64,000 bases of DNA from Hemiscyllium ocellatum (lineage: Eukaryota), in assembly GCF_020745735.1 (NCBI RefSeq), contig NC_083449.1:9398923-9462922 (forward strand), written 5' to 3'. Both the position numbers and the translations under genes were made by a program. The notes under the pieces were generated by a model, which was given only the letters and a program-made list of their open reading frames with translations, was not told the DNA's origin and made no database searches. Below, in pieces: positions 37,301 to 51,360 of this stretch; the stretch's first letter is position 1; each line of letters begins with the position of its first letter.

Positions 37301-38452
37301 CACATGTTTGAATTGTGGAAAATAGATTTTAAAAGGGCCTGTGGGGTTACTCTATCGCATAGAGGGTGGTGCTTGTATGGAATGAGCTACCAGAGGAAGT
37401 GGAGGTGGTGGGTACAATTAGAACCTTATATAGGCACCTGGATATATCCAAGAATAGGAACAGTTTGGAAGGGTATGCGCCAAATGCTGGCAAATGTGAC
37501 TAGCCATGATGTGGAGGTGAGGTGTTGGACTGGGGTGGACAAAGTTAAGAATCTCACAACACCAGTTTCTTGTACAGCAGGTTTATTTGGAAGCACTAGC
37601 TTTCAGTGCACTGCTCCTTCTTCACGCTGAAAGCTGGTGCTTCCACATAAACCTATTGTACTACAACCTGGTGTTGAGATTTTTAACTTAAATGGGACAA
37701 AGTCAGATTAGGATCTCAGGTCAGCACTAACTGCTTGCACCAAAGGATTTGTTTCCATGCTGTATAACTGTATGACTCTCTGAAGCCCGGACCTTGATAT
37801 CACTAGTCCCAGTTAGACACTGCACTATCAGAGTTGCAATGGTCAATTGCCTTTACCTCCTTGACTCTGAAGAACAGCACTGTTCTGAATAGATCTGTTG
37901 GGATTTCATTTGTCTGTGAATTCTACAGGTGCAAACAGTCAAAGAAAATAAAGTCTTTCCCATTCACTTTAGGAAACATGAACTGAAAACTCTCTCCTTT
38001 GCTAACTGGCTGTCCATTTAACAGCAATCATTTAAACTGCTCAGTAACACAATGCAAGAAGATTGAAGCAGGATCAATCGAGTGTGGGCATCCTTCCTGT
38101 ATCATAACAACTGTTTCTTTCAAAAATCTTTTTTTATACATAAAATCAGTGCATGTACACAACAGCCCAAGTAGTCAACTTTAAATTTTAGTTTCCAAAT
38201 TTTTCACGAGGCAACATGGTTCTAATCTGTTCAGTCTGTCATATCTGAGCAGAGTTTTGAAGGACAATAAAGCGTATTATCAGTCCCATTGAATAGCACA
38301 GATTGACAGGTACAAAGTACTTGGAGAAAGTGAGGACTGCAGATGCTGGAGATCAGAGCTGAAAATGTGTTGCTGGAAAAGCGCAGCAAGTCAGGCAGCA
38401 TCCAAGAAGCAGGAGAATTGATGTTTCGGGCATGAGCCCTTGTTCAGGGCTC

Positions 38453-40167
38453 ATAACAAGACCAGTGTGAGAGTTTTTTCATTGTGTCCAATAATCTCTG
38501 GATATCTGTTTAAATGTGTACCTTTTCATGTCAATGTTTGATTTCCCTTTGGACTCCTGAAAACAAAGTATTTATTCAGTCATTCGTCTGAGATGTGTTC
38601 TGTTTTCGTCTTGTGGAAACAAATTAAATTGTAATATTTGTTTCAATCTGGCACTTGGCCTGCTATTTAATTCCTCCAGTTTGGACAACAAGAATTGACA
38701 CATGAATTACATACAGTCAGAGTCAGACAGCATGTTTAAGCCATGGTGAGATAACTGGATGAATAATTAGTCTGGGTTTTTATTTCCTTCTTTCCCTACT
38801 TAAGTGGAATACATTGTGAATGTGCATTAAGTTCAGTATTTTCTAATAAACAAGTAGAATTTACTTTTTGACCAAGGTGATACTATGCATTTAACATCTA
38901 TAGGAAGTTCACTTGTACACAGGGGCTGACACACTCTCACACTGTTCTGGATAACTTGTTTAATGAAATGCTAGTTCTCCCAACTGCGAGATCTTTGAGG
39001 TCATGACTTTTCCATTTTTGCCAATTGTTCTACTAACTTGACAGTATTTCTGTATGTTGCAAATTATTCTTTACCCACTATGTATTGACACCATCTCATT
39101 CTTTGGTATGTCCAGAAATTATCAGTTTCCTTCAAGTCCTTCCTTACATGAATAAGGACAATAACTGGTACAGTCTGCAACTGTTTGTTCTTCCGAGTGC
39201 AGAACTCATCTCGTTTCTTCCATTCACTTACACGGTTTGTGTACTTGGGAAGTACTCTGTACCTGAATGAGGAAAGTGCGCCAAGCAAAGATAAAAAGGT
39301 AGGGAGGAGGGACTTAGGGGAGGGGCGTTGGAAATGCGATAGGTGGAAGGAGGTTAAGGTGAGGGTGATAAGGTGAGGGTGATAGGCCGGAGTGGGGATG
39401 GGGGTGGGGGTGGAGAGGTCACGAAGAAGATTGCAGGTTAGGAAGGTGGTGCTGAGTTCGAGAGTTGGGACTGAGACAAGGTGGGGGGAAGGGAAATGAG
39501 GAAACTGGAGAAATCTGAGTTCATTCCTTGTGGTTGGTGAGATGGTGCCAATACAGAGTGGGTAAAGAATAATTTGCAACATACAGAAATACTGTCAGGT
39601 TAGTAGAACAATGGGCAAAAATGGAAAAGTCATGACTTCAAAGATCTCGTAGTTGGGAGAACTAGCATTTCATTAAACAAGTTATCCAGAACAGTGTGAG
39701 TGTGTGTCAGCCCCTGTGTACAAGTGAACTTCCTATAGATTTTAAATGCGTAGTATCACCTTTGTCAAAAAGTAAATTCTACTTGTTTATTAGAAAATAC
39801 TGAACCTATTACATGTTCACAATGTATTCCACCTAAGTAGGGAAAGAAGTAAATAAAAACCCAGTTCATCCAGTTATCTCACCATGGTTTAAACATGCTG
39901 TCTGACTCTCTCACTGTATGTAATTCTTGTTGTCCAAATTGGAGGAATTAAATAGCAGACCAAGTGCCAGATTGAAACAAATATTGCAATTTAATTCGTT
40001 TCCAAAAGGCAAAGCAAGAACACATCTCAGATGAAATGACTGAATAAATACTTTGTTTTCAAGTAGTCCAAAGGGAAATCAAACATTGACATGAAAAGTA
40101 CACCTTTAAACAGATAGCCAGAGATAATTGGACACAATGGAAAAAACTCTCATACGGGTCTTGTTAT
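38453..40167. repeat. Long inverted repeat, arms 38453-39098 and 39538-40167
   Basis: Colinear reverse-complement match over ~640 bp with scattered substitutions and small indels. Confidence 0.9.
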
Positions 40168-40778
40168 AAACATGGGAACAATAAATTCAAAGTACACATG
40201 CCGGTAGAGACTGGCCAATCCAGAAAATACCTCACAATCATAAACTTACCATCGAATAAAAGTTGCGGAAGTTATCCAGCCCTATTCCCCGTTATTTTGC
40301 ATTTATCCCTGATTGATGCACCTAACCTACACATCCCAGAACATTATGGGCAGTTAGCATGGCCAATTCACCTCCCTGCATGTCTTTGAATTGTGAGAGA
40401 AAAACTGAGCACCCGGAGGAAACCCACTCAGACAAGGAGAGAATGTGCAAAGTCCACACAGACAGTCGCCCGAAACTGGATTCGAACCAGTGTCCCTGGC
40501 TCGGTGAGGCAGCAGTGCTAACGACTGAGAAAAATAGCAAGCTCAGTGTTAATTCCAGTCCAGAGAGAGGACCAGAAACAGACATGCGGAACTAGAAACA
40601 CACCCTTCCACTCCCACATCATCACAACAACGAGCAGAAGGAAACCGAGCCAATACCACAGTCACTTTCTGTGTCACAAGACAAAAAATCTCCCTCAGTC
40701 AGACTGACAGTAACAGAATCACTACCACGTCACATTTCGTTGCAGATTTTGACAGATCCACATTAGATCCCGCATAAA

Positions 40779-40888
40779 CCAATCACAAAGACAGAGTGTT
40801 TGAGCATGATTCTGTGAAAACTACCCAATCAGAAATTGGATTTTTCCCATCCCTCATTAGCATTGATGACGTCACCAGTCTATAAAAA
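40779..40888 (+). promoter_or_regulatory. H2B promoter: two CCAAT, ATTAGCAT octamer-like, perfect CRE TGACGTCA, TATAAAA
   Basis: Motifs are in the typical order upstream of ATG 40941. Confidence 0.8.
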
Positions 40889-40940
40889 GCGAGCTCCGAG
40901 CCCACTTTCCCTTATTCTGTGTCTGAAAGTGAGCGGCGCT

Positions 40941-41321
40941 ATGGCTGATGAGAAAAAAGGACAGCAAGCATCCAAGAAGGGCGCGAAGAAAATCATCAAG
41001 AAAGCGCCAGCGAAGGGCGGCAGAAAGAGGAAAAGGTCCAGGAAAGAAAGTTACTCCATCTACATCTACAAAGTGATGAAGCAGGTTCACCCCGACACCG
41101 GCATCTCCTCCAAGGCCATGAGCATCATGAACTCGTTCGTTAACGATATTTTCGAGCGCATCGCGGGGGAGGCTTCCCGCCTGGCCCATTACAACAAGCG
41201 CAGCACCATCAGCTCCCGGGAGATCCAGACCGCCGTGCGGCTGCTGCTGCCCGGGGAGCTGGCCAAGCACGCCGTGTCGGAGGGCACAAAAGCGGTGACC
41301 AAGTACACCAGCTCCAAGTGA
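40941..41321 (+). CDS. H2B: Histone H2B, 126 aa
   Basis: MADEKK... with canonical core including FVNDIFER; intronless. Confidence 0.97.
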   Translation: MADEKKGQQASKKGAKKIIKKAPAKGGRKRKRSRKESYSIYIYKVMKQVHPDTGISSKAMSIMNSFVNDIFERIAGEASRLAHYNKRSTISSREIQTAVRLLLPGELAKHAVSEGTKAVTKYTSSK

Positions 41322-41362
41322 AGGACTGCACTGCACTGAAATAACCACATCCACAACCCAAA

Positions 41363-41378
41363 GGCTCTTATAAGAGCC
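41363..41378 (+). terminator. Histone 3' stem-loop with variant loop TATA
   Basis: GGCTCT-TATA-AGAGCC-ACCCA. Confidence 0.9.
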
Positions 41379-42276
41379 ACCCACAACTTCCCAGAGCGAG
41401 CTGAATCGTTTTTCTTAGTTTGTTTTGTTTTAGTTTACATATGATTGTTCGCATTATAATTTTATTTTTATATATTTGTTTATATAAGACATTTGCAAAT
41501 TAATGAGGTACGCTGCGTGGAAGATTGCATAAACAGCCTCTCCCCTGTCTGTTGGGAGTGGGCAGATAAAACGTCAGTGAGTCATCTTGTTTATTTGACG
41601 TTGGTAAAAGCCCTGGTGGAATGTTAATACTTATTTTCACACTTTGCAAACAACCACCTAATGAAGGAGCAGCGCTTCGAAAGCTAGTGCTTCCAAATCA
41701 GCTTCTTGGATTATAACCTGGTGACTGATTGTGGAGTTTGCACATTCTCCCCGTGGGTTTCGTCCGGGTTCTGTGGTTTCCTCCCACAGTCCAAAAATGC
41801 GCAGGTTAGGTGAATTGGCCATGCTAAATTGCCCGTAGTGTTAGGTGAAGGGGTAAATGTAGGGGAATGGGTCTGGGTGGGTTGCGCTTGGCGGGGCAGT
41901 GTGGACTTTTTGGGCCTAAGGGCCAGTTATCACACTAAGTAATCTAATCATACACGTCCATATCTTTCATCACATGCATTTTCATCTGATTTTTTTCAAA
42001 ATTGCAATGCACGGGTATAATCCGATTTTTCAGAGTGTAAAAACCTAAGCACTTTCTGCTGTCGGTAAGAGGCTTTCAAAGGGAATCGAGAGAACGCCAA
42101 AAAAGGTGCCAGATAGAAATGTGATGATTTTGCTGAATCTGAGAGCGAGCGCAATAACGATGACAGCTTTAAAATATCGTCTAAACAACATGATTTGGAG
42201 ATGCCGGTGATGGACTGGTGTGTACAAAGTTGAAAATCACAATACCAGGTTATAGTCCAACAGGTTTAATTGGAAG

Positions 42277-42400
42277 GTAAAAACAATGACTGCAGATGCT
42301 GGAAACCAGATTTTGGATGAGTGGTGCTGGAAGAGCACAGCAGTTAAGGCAGCATCCGAGGAGCAGCAAAATCGACGTTCCGGGCAAAAGCCCTTCATCA
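42277..42400 (-). mobile_element. 124-bp family-1 hammerhead mini-element nested in a family-2 PLE fragment (~42190-42660), 11-bp TSD
   Basis: TTAATTGGAAG at 42266-42276 and 42401-42411. Similar short copies at 2032-2125(+), 22686-22780(-), 24822-24908(-), 25068-25256 (inverted pair), 36663-36793(+), 38323-38452(-), 42956-43042(+), 43903-44216(+), 48183-48280(-) and 50585-50712(+). Confidence 0.8.
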
Positions 42401-43312
42401 TTAATTGGAAGCATACAAGCTTTCGGAGCCTCGCTCCTTCAGGTGGTAGTGGAGGGCTCAATCCTAACAGAATTTATAGCAAATAATCAGTGTGATGTAA
42501 CTGAAATTATGCATTGAAAAATTGATTCTGTCAAACCTTTCATCTGTTAGAATACCATGATACTTTCACTTCTTTCATGTATAAATCTCAAAACCTTTTT
42601 TTTTAAAAAAGCTGCGTTCTCAGGTTAGCTTTTAACAATGGTGATAGCTGGGCAATATGTTGTCTAAACATCGTGTTCGACATCGATACTGAGCCGGAAG
42701 AATGTTGTGTGCTGCTTTATCAGGATGCCGGGGTGCTACTGAAATGTGAAGCGAGAAGTCGACTGCAGTGTTTGGCCTGGTTCGTTTCAGCTTCTTAAGA
42801 CTGAGAAAATTACCCACTCGAGATCACAAATGGACGGATACAGGTCGGCAAATGAGGGAGAGACAGATCGAGTGAAGTATACATTTGTAAACTAAAATTA
42901 AATTATGATACGAGTATTTTATAAAAGTTCCTCCGTTTCTTTGTACTTCATTTGTTGAAGGGCTTATGCCCGAAACATCGAATTTCCTATTCCTTGGATG
43001 CTGCCTGACCTGCTGTGCTTTAACCAGCAACACATTTTCAACTAGAGCACACACACCTTTGTTTGTAAATTGGCGGGATTTTCAAATTTGGAAAGAAAGC
43101 GGTTGATGATTTGGCGCCGGTATTTTCCGCCCTCCTCCCTGGGCCCTCTCCGGATTGGGGAATGAGGCAGATATCTGATTGGGAATTGAAACAACATTAG
43201 GCGGGGCTGAACAATGGGACCAATCAGAAATGGCCGCCCCACCATTCCTCCCGAAGGTATAAGAGGCCGCAATGTGGGTGGGGTATAGTACTCTCTGCGA
43301 AAGTGTTGGTAA

Positions 43313-43662
<350 letters not shown>

Positions 43663-44317
43663 AGAGACCATTCTTGAATCCGACAATCTTAAAGGCTCTT
43701 TTAAGAGCCACTCACATCTATGAAAGAAACTTCCCTCCGTCAGATTGAATAACCTTCCTTTAATTATTTATCGGGCTCAGTCCCTTCCATGTTCGATACT
43801 GTACTATCATTGGATGTATGTGATCTACTGTAAAACCTTTCTTGATGGCTGTGAGACAAGTGTGAAATATATACCGGTATTGTAACAATGGTGAGAGTGC
43901 ACCTCACCCTAGCTCCAAACGTCCAGCTCAGCACTGTCCCCATGACTTGTCCTACCTGCCTGTCTCCTTTTCCACCTATCACCTTCATCCCTTCCCCCAC
44001 TCACCTATTGTACTCCATGCTACTTTCTCCCCAGCCCCCACCCTCCTCTAGCTTATCTCTCCACGCTTCAGGCTCTCTGCCTTTATTCCTAATGAAGGGC
44101 TTTTGCCCGAAACGTCGACTTTGCTGCTCCTTGGATGCTGCCTGAACTGCTGTGCTCTTCCAGCACCACTAATCCAAAATCTGGTTTCCAGCATCTGCAG
44201 TCATTGTTTTTACCTGACTGACAGAGTGAGAGGCGGGTCCGGAGAGCAAACTGAGTGAGCAGGGAAATTACTTTGTTCATCCTGCTCTCTCCAGCCCCAA
44301 CTGTATCTGGGACTGAA

Positions 44318-44712
44318 CCTTTTCTCCCCAAAGCTGATTGTTCCTGACCAGAGGAGCGCATGCGTGAGGCCCTCCCCCAGCGCTGCCATTGAGGAGCATT
44401 TACTCAGTGAGTGCAAGAGGTTTGTTTGAAACAGACCGCAATGGAGAGATCAGCGCCCAGGGAAGCGAGGGAACAGCAGGCTCCTTCCAGCAGCACATCG
44501 GGATGGGAGCCTGGGACACAGAGGGGGCTCCGAGACCGAGATTGATTCGGGGTGAGTTCAGGGAGAACCGGGGGCTGTTTGTAAGAGGCCGAGCGGAGCA
44601 GGAACTGGGGGGGTGGTGTGGAAAAGAGAGAGGCCTTTCTCGGGCTGTGTGTGGGCCTGCTGAGGGAGACAGAGCGGGAAGAAGCTACTATGGGACATTT
44701 TTGTGGTTTACA
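44318..44712 (+). promoter_or_regulatory. Conserved GC-rich promoter / putative first exon, copy 3 (donor GT at 44552)
   Basis: Near-identical to copies 1 and 2; ~0.6 kb downstream of the H2A pseudogene stem-loop. Confidence 0.65.
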
Positions 44713-46565
44713 ATTATCGGAACCCTGTTTTAACTTCATTCTTTTCCCTGCTGTTTGTTGAGGCTGCACAGACCAACTGTAGGAATACTCTTGTACTTTG
44801 TCCTTTGATACTCTTGTAAAAGGACATACACTGGGGTCTTGGCAAAAACGCGAGAAATAGTGCTGTTTTCCTCTTTCCATCAGATAACGTAATGGGATTT
44901 GGGTATTGAGCTGTGTAAGCATTCTGGTGGTGAGTAGTCCCATTCGTGTTGCTGGGCAGTTGTTGCTCAGTTTCTGGATCACATTCAATTTTGGTATCAA
45001 GTTCAAAAAAAATCACAGAACACCAGGTTATTGTCCAACAGGTTTATTTGGAAGCACCCGATGTGTGATTTTTAACATTGCACCAGCATCTCCAAATCAA
45101 TTGGTATTAAATCACATGAAAAACAAACACAATCCACAGACAAGGAGCAGCTCAGGGAATCAGATCCATGGTTCTGTTTATGTTGTTGGCTTTAAAGAAA
45201 AAACAACACACATCCTAATGAAGATGCAATGAATGTGATGTTGATCAGTTCAATATTGCCAGACTAGCCTCGTGTTGATTTAAAGGTGGTGTCCCTGTGT
45301 CTTCCTCCAGACAAATACCTGAGGGACTAAAACACTAATATTTTTGCGGTTGAAAGCAAAGTGTGACCAGCTGCTTCTAACAAACAGCAGGTATGTAGCC
45401 TATTGACGTTTACACAACAGTTTTGAAGATAGATAAAATGAATCCTCATCCAAAATAGACATTCAGGAACAGGATTAAAATCCTTAAAATAATTAAGGAT
45501 ATTTTCAAAGTTACATTGTAAACAGACAAATAGACTACATTGTTACAGTGTTTTGATACCCATCTGTGAAAGAGGAGTTAAGTACACAGATGGAGGGAAA
45601 CTGTCCTCACCGACAGAGCAAGAGTTACCAAAGAGTCACCGAGTCATAGAGATGTAGAGCACGGAAACGTCTTCAGTCCAACTTGTCCATGCCGACCAGA
45701 TATCCTTTCCTAATCCATTTGCCAGCATGTAGCCCATCACTCTCCAAACCCTTCCTGTTCGTATTGCTAAAGTACAGATTTGAGGCAGCCCAGGGAATCC
45801 CTTGTGGACTCAGACCTGTAAGCTTCTATTGGTTAGTCCTGGAGATCTTTGGTAGTCTGGAATACTTACAAACAGTTTAGTTTAATTTTAGCCTTCCCTT
45901 TTATTTACCAATAGCATCACTGTTACAACATAACATTGACACCTATAAGCCAGACTAGCTGAGATTCTAAAAACTTATAAAACTAGGATACCAGCTCTTC
46001 TTTTAAGAGCCCTTGCAGGCTACTCCACAATTCCATTACATACAGGCTTCCTTTTTTACAAAATTTTACAATAACACTGCATGTTCTTAATGAGACAGAC
46101 AACAATGGAAAGGTAATCATTTGTAAGAAAACAAAGTTAATTAACTGGTCTGTGTGCACTTAACTGATCACTCCTACAGCCCCTCAGGTGAGAAAAACAG
46201 ATCCAGCCGAGTCAGGTGAATTTTGGTAAGGTAAGTCCCTACCATGAAGAGGTATCAGTCTAAAAAAGTGGGAGAGTTTATAAGGTATCCTTGCACAGCA
46301 CACGTGTCAATATATACATGTATTTGGAAAGACTTGGACTAATTATGGATAGTTAACATGGCTTTGTGCATGGGAAATCATGTCTCACAAACTTGATTGA
46401 GTTTTTTGAAGTAACAAAGAAGATTGAGGGCAGAGTAGTAGATGTGACCTATATGGACTTCAGTAAGGCATTCAACAAGGTTCCCCATGGGAGACTGATG
46501 AGCAAGGTTAGATATCATGGAATACAGGGAGAGTGAGCCATTTGGATACAGATCTGGCTCAAAGG

Positions 46566-49565
46566 CTCTAGTTCTGGACTCCCCGACCCCAGGGAAAAGG
46601 CTTTGTTTATTTATCCTATCCATGTCCGTCATAATTTTGTAAACCTGTATAAGGTCACCCCTCATCATCTGATGCTCCATGGAAAACAGCCCCAGCCTGT
46701 TCAGTGTCTCCCTATAGCTCAAATCCTCCAACCCTGGCAACATCCTTGTAAATCTGTTCTGAACCCTTGCAAGTTTCACAACATCTTTCCGATAGGAAGG
46801 AGACCAGAACTGCACAACAGTGGCCTAACCAATGTCCTGTACAGCCGCAACATGAACTCCCAATTATTGTACTCAGTAGTCTGACCAATAAAGGAAAGCA
46901 TACCAAATACAGCCTTCACTATCCTATCTATCTGCGACTCCACTTTCAAGGAGCTTTGAACCTGCACTCCAAGGTCTCTTTGTTCAGCAACACTCCCTAG
47001 GACATTACCATTAAGTGTATAAGTCCTGCTAAGATTTTCTTTCCCAAAATGTAGCACTTTATTTATTTGAATTAAACTCCATCTATCACTTCCAAGCCCA
47101 TTGGTCCATCTGGTCAAGATCCTGTGGTAATCTGAAGTAACCTTCTTCGCTGTCCACTCCATCTCCAATTTTGGTGTCATCTGCAAACTTACTAACTGTA
47201 GCTCTTATGCTCACATCAAAATCATTTATATAAATGACAAAAAGTAGAGGATCCAGCACCAATACTTGTGGCACTCCACTGGTCACAGGCCTCCAGTCTG
47301 AAAAACAACCCTCCAACACCACCCTCTGTGTTCTACTTTTGAACCACTTCTCTATCCAAATGGCTAGTTCTCCCTGTATTCTGTGAAATCTAGCCTTGCT
47401 AATCAGTCTTCCATGAGGAACCACGAGAATGCCTTACTGAAGTCCATATAGATCACATCTATTGCTCTGCCCTCATCAATCCTCTTTGTTACTTCCTCAA
47501 AAAACTCAATCAAGTTTGTGAGACATGATTTCCCACGCACAAAGCCATGTTGACTATTCCTAATCAGTCCTTATCTTTCCAAATACATGTACATCCTATC
47601 CCTCAGGATTCCCTCCAACAACTTGCCTACCACTGAGGTCAGGCTCACTGGTCTATAGTTCCCTGGCTTGTCCTTAGCACCCTTCTTAAACAGTGGCACC
47701 ACATTTGCCAACCTCCAGTCTTCTGGCACCTCACCTGTGACTATCGATGATACAAATATCTCAGCAAGAGGCCTAGCAATCACTTCTCTAGCTTCCCACA
47801 GAGTTCTCAGGAACACCTGATCAGGTCCTGGGGATTTATCCACTTTTACCTGTTTCAAGACATCAGCACTTCCTCCTCCATTTTGCAAGATGTCATCATC
47901 TATTTCCCTACAGTCTATATCTTCCATATCCTTTTCCACAGTAAATACTGGCCCAAAATACTAATTTAGTATCCCCCATTTTCTGCGGCTCCACACAAAA
48001 GCTTCTTTGCTGATCTTTGAAGGGTCCATATTCTCTCCCTAGTTACTCTTTTGTCCTCAATGTACTTGTAAAACCCTTTGGATTTTCCTTAATTCTATTT
48101 GCCAAAGCTATCTATGTTCCCTTTTTACCCTCCTGATTTCCCTCTTAAGTATACTTCGACTTCCTTTATACTCTAAGGATTCAGAGCTGAAAATGTGTTG
48201 CTGGAAAGGTGCAGCAGTTCAGGCAGCATCCAAGGAACAGGAGAATCGACGTTTCGGGCATAAGCCCTTCTTCAGGAATTCACTCAATCTATCCTGTCTA
48301 TACCTTACATATGCTTCCTTCTTTTACTTAACCAAACCCTCAATTTATTTAGTCATCCAGCATTTCCCATACCTACCAGCCTTTCCTTTCACCCAAGTAG
48401 GAATACTCTTCCTCTAGATTCTAGTTATCTCATTTCTGAAGGCTTCCCATTTTCCAGCCGTCCCTTTACCTGTGAACATCTTCCCTCAATCAGCTTTTGA
48501 AAGTTCTTGCCTAATACTGTCAAAATTGGCCTTTCTCCAATTTAGAACTTCAACTTTTAGATCTGATCTATCCTTTTCGATCATTATTTTAAATCCAACA
48601 GAATTATGGTCACTGGCCCCAAAGTGTTCCTCCACTGACACCTCAGTCACCTGTGCTGCTTTATTTCCCAAGAGTAGGTCAAGAGTAAGATACCTTCTCT
48701 CATAGGTACATCCACATACTGAATCAGAAAATTGTCTTGTACACGCTTAATAAATTTCTCCAACTAAATCCTGAACACTATGGCAGTCCCTATCTATATT
48801 TGGAAAGTTAAAATCCATACAGATATCTGAGATCTGCTCACAAAATTTGTTTCTCAATTTCTCTCTGACTATTAAGGGGCCTATAATACAATCCCAATAA
48901 GGTGATCAGCCCTTTCTTATTTCTCAGTTCCACCCAAATAAGTTTCCTGGGTGTATTTCTGGGAATATCCTCACTCAGCACAGCTGTAATGCTATCCCTT
49001 ATCAAAAATGCAACCCCCCTCCTCTCTTGCCTCCCTTTCTGTCCTTCCTGTAGCATTTGTATCCTGGAACATTAACCTGCTAGTCCTGCCTATCCCTGAG
49101 CCATGTTTCTGTAATTGCTATGATATCCTAGTCCATGTTCCTAACCATGCCCTGAGTTCATCTGCCTTCTCTATTAGGCTCCTTGTTTTGAAATAAATGC
49201 AGTTTAATTTATTAGTCCTATCTTATCCCTACCTGCCCTGACTGTTTGACGAACTTCTGTTCTCAACTGTACCCCAGTCTCAGACTGATCTCTTCCCTCA
49301 CTATCTCCCTGGGTCCCAACCTTCCCCATCCCCCACTCTCCCCCAACCTGAGTAAGTCCTCCCGAGCAGCTCTAGCAAATATCCTTGCCAGTATATTAGT
49401 CCCTTTCAATTTTGGTGCAATCCATCCTTCTGGTACAGATCACTTCTACCCCAAAAGAGATACCAACGATCCAAAAATGTGATTCCTTCTCCCATACACC
49501 AGCTCCTCAGCCATGCATTTATCTGCTCTATCTTCCTATTCCTGCCCTCACTAGCTCATAGCACT
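46566..49565 (-). mobile_element. CR1-clade LINE including endonuclease region and ORF1 end; detached 3' end at ~45638-45760; inverted RT piece at ~46315-46565
   Basis: RGVAFLIRDSI, LLGLYYRP, GASDHNSV (APE endonuclease) and RT motifs. Confidence 0.88.
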
Positions 49566-49569
49566 TACT

Positions 49570-51360
49570 CGTACGTTTTCTGGCAATACTCCTTCAGAGG
49601 TACATATATCCTCATCTTTTAGCATCGCAGATTGAGAGAATCCTTGTATTTCTTAATATTGGAACCTCTTAACATGCTGCTCCTGGTCTATGTGAGTAAA
49701 CTTTACCTTCATGGTGTATGGTTTAAGGAGATCTGGCACTTCCTCTCTAAACAACATCCGGCCAGCTTGTACATTCTGGTACAGCTTTCTAGTCTCCACA
49801 GTACTTTCTGTTACCATTCCAACAAAATTCCCTGGCTTATCCTGTTTTCCTACATTCGGCTCTTCAGCGCTTTTCCTAACCCATCAACACCGATTTCATG
49901 TGGCCGACCTTATTTTTTCACTTTTTCACTTCTCTTTCCCCTTCAAGGATTTCCTTTTTACCCTGTAGTAAATCACCCTTATGATCTTCACCGAGATCTA
50001 CTTTTCCTTTTCCATGTGAGAATTTCTCTTACCCACAATTATTGTCCCTCATGAATTGAAATTGATTTTGGCAGCCCAATTTTGATTTATTGATCAACTC
50101 AATCCTCAGCCATTTCTGATGCCAGTCTTGCTGTTTTTACTCTCTGCTCTTCCACATGAGTTCTCATTACTTCGGGAAGTGAATCTTTGAACGCCTATCT
50201 CAGTGCCAACTTCCAAAGTTCAAACTCCCTCTTTTTTTCCTTTTCTCTCTGTTTTCCTTCTTTTTCTGCTTTTAATTGTACTTCAAACTGTTTACGTTTC
50301 TATTGTCCTTTCCTTGACTTTTGCCTCTAACTTGAGTTGCTTCATTTTCAATTGAATGTTAGCCATCTCTAAAGATTCTGATGGCGTTTCCAGCAAATTT
50401 AAATGTTGAGCTATTGCTGTAATTATCACCCTTTTCCTCGTGGAAGGAGGTAGTTGAGCTCCAGCTTGTCTGCTAATTCCAGCAGCATGGCATTAATCAC
50501 TTTTTGCAAAAATTTGAAGTCACTTCTTCAACCCCCAGAAAACTCTTGATCACTCAAAGAGCCATTGCTATCCCAAACACTGTTTCCTGATGAAGGGCTG
50601 ATGCCCAAAACATTGATTCTCCTACTCCTCAGATGCTGTCTGACCTGCTGTGCTATTTCGGCACCACACTCTTGTCACCAATCTCCAGCATCTGCAGTCC
50701 TCCCTTTTTCCAAGCACTGTTAAAACCAATTAAATTTAGCACCCAGAACAAAAGACGCTAAGACTTACCACTCACTATCTTAGAGTCCAACAACCTGAAT
50801 CCCAAATCAGAACTACAGAATAAAACTCTGCAAACAGACCCCCTTCAAACATTGAGAAAGTAACCCAGACCCTAAATTTGCTAGTTGTTTTAAGCAGGTG
50901 TAACAAAGATGTTCCAGGAGGGATGCAGCTGGTCAAACGACATAGTTTTAAACAAAACAGTATTGGTTTCCAAAATTACCAAATGATACACAAAAGAGAA
51001 CAGAATATTGAATAACTTAACAAATCCAAAAACCCAACAGATTATAACAACTTAATGATGGTGTTTCCAAAATTTAAAACAATCCCCATAAACACCCCTT
51101 GGCACAAAAGGTAAAATCAAACACACGGTCTTACAAGAGAGATGTCAGGGAGAGAGTATCATCATGGACCTGCTTCTTTGGGTTCAGCAGCTTTTCAACT
51201 GCCTGACTGCTTTCAGTCAATAGCCAGACAGCCAAAAACCAAATCAAACCAGAGAAAAGCTGAGCCGGGAAAACTGAGCCACTTTTTAAAAATGTGGAAA
51301 CTTTTTGTATGAGGCTTTACCTGTCAGCTATAATCAAAATAGCCCTAAAACCCATCGACT
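49570..51360 (-). mobile_element. Degenerate Gypsy-like LTR retrotransposon 5' part (gag remnant + leader/LTR)
   Basis: Minus-strand remnants KSFLGVEEVT..LLELADKLEL, a K/E-rich coil and a knuckle-like NKVGHMKS. Confidence 0.5.
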
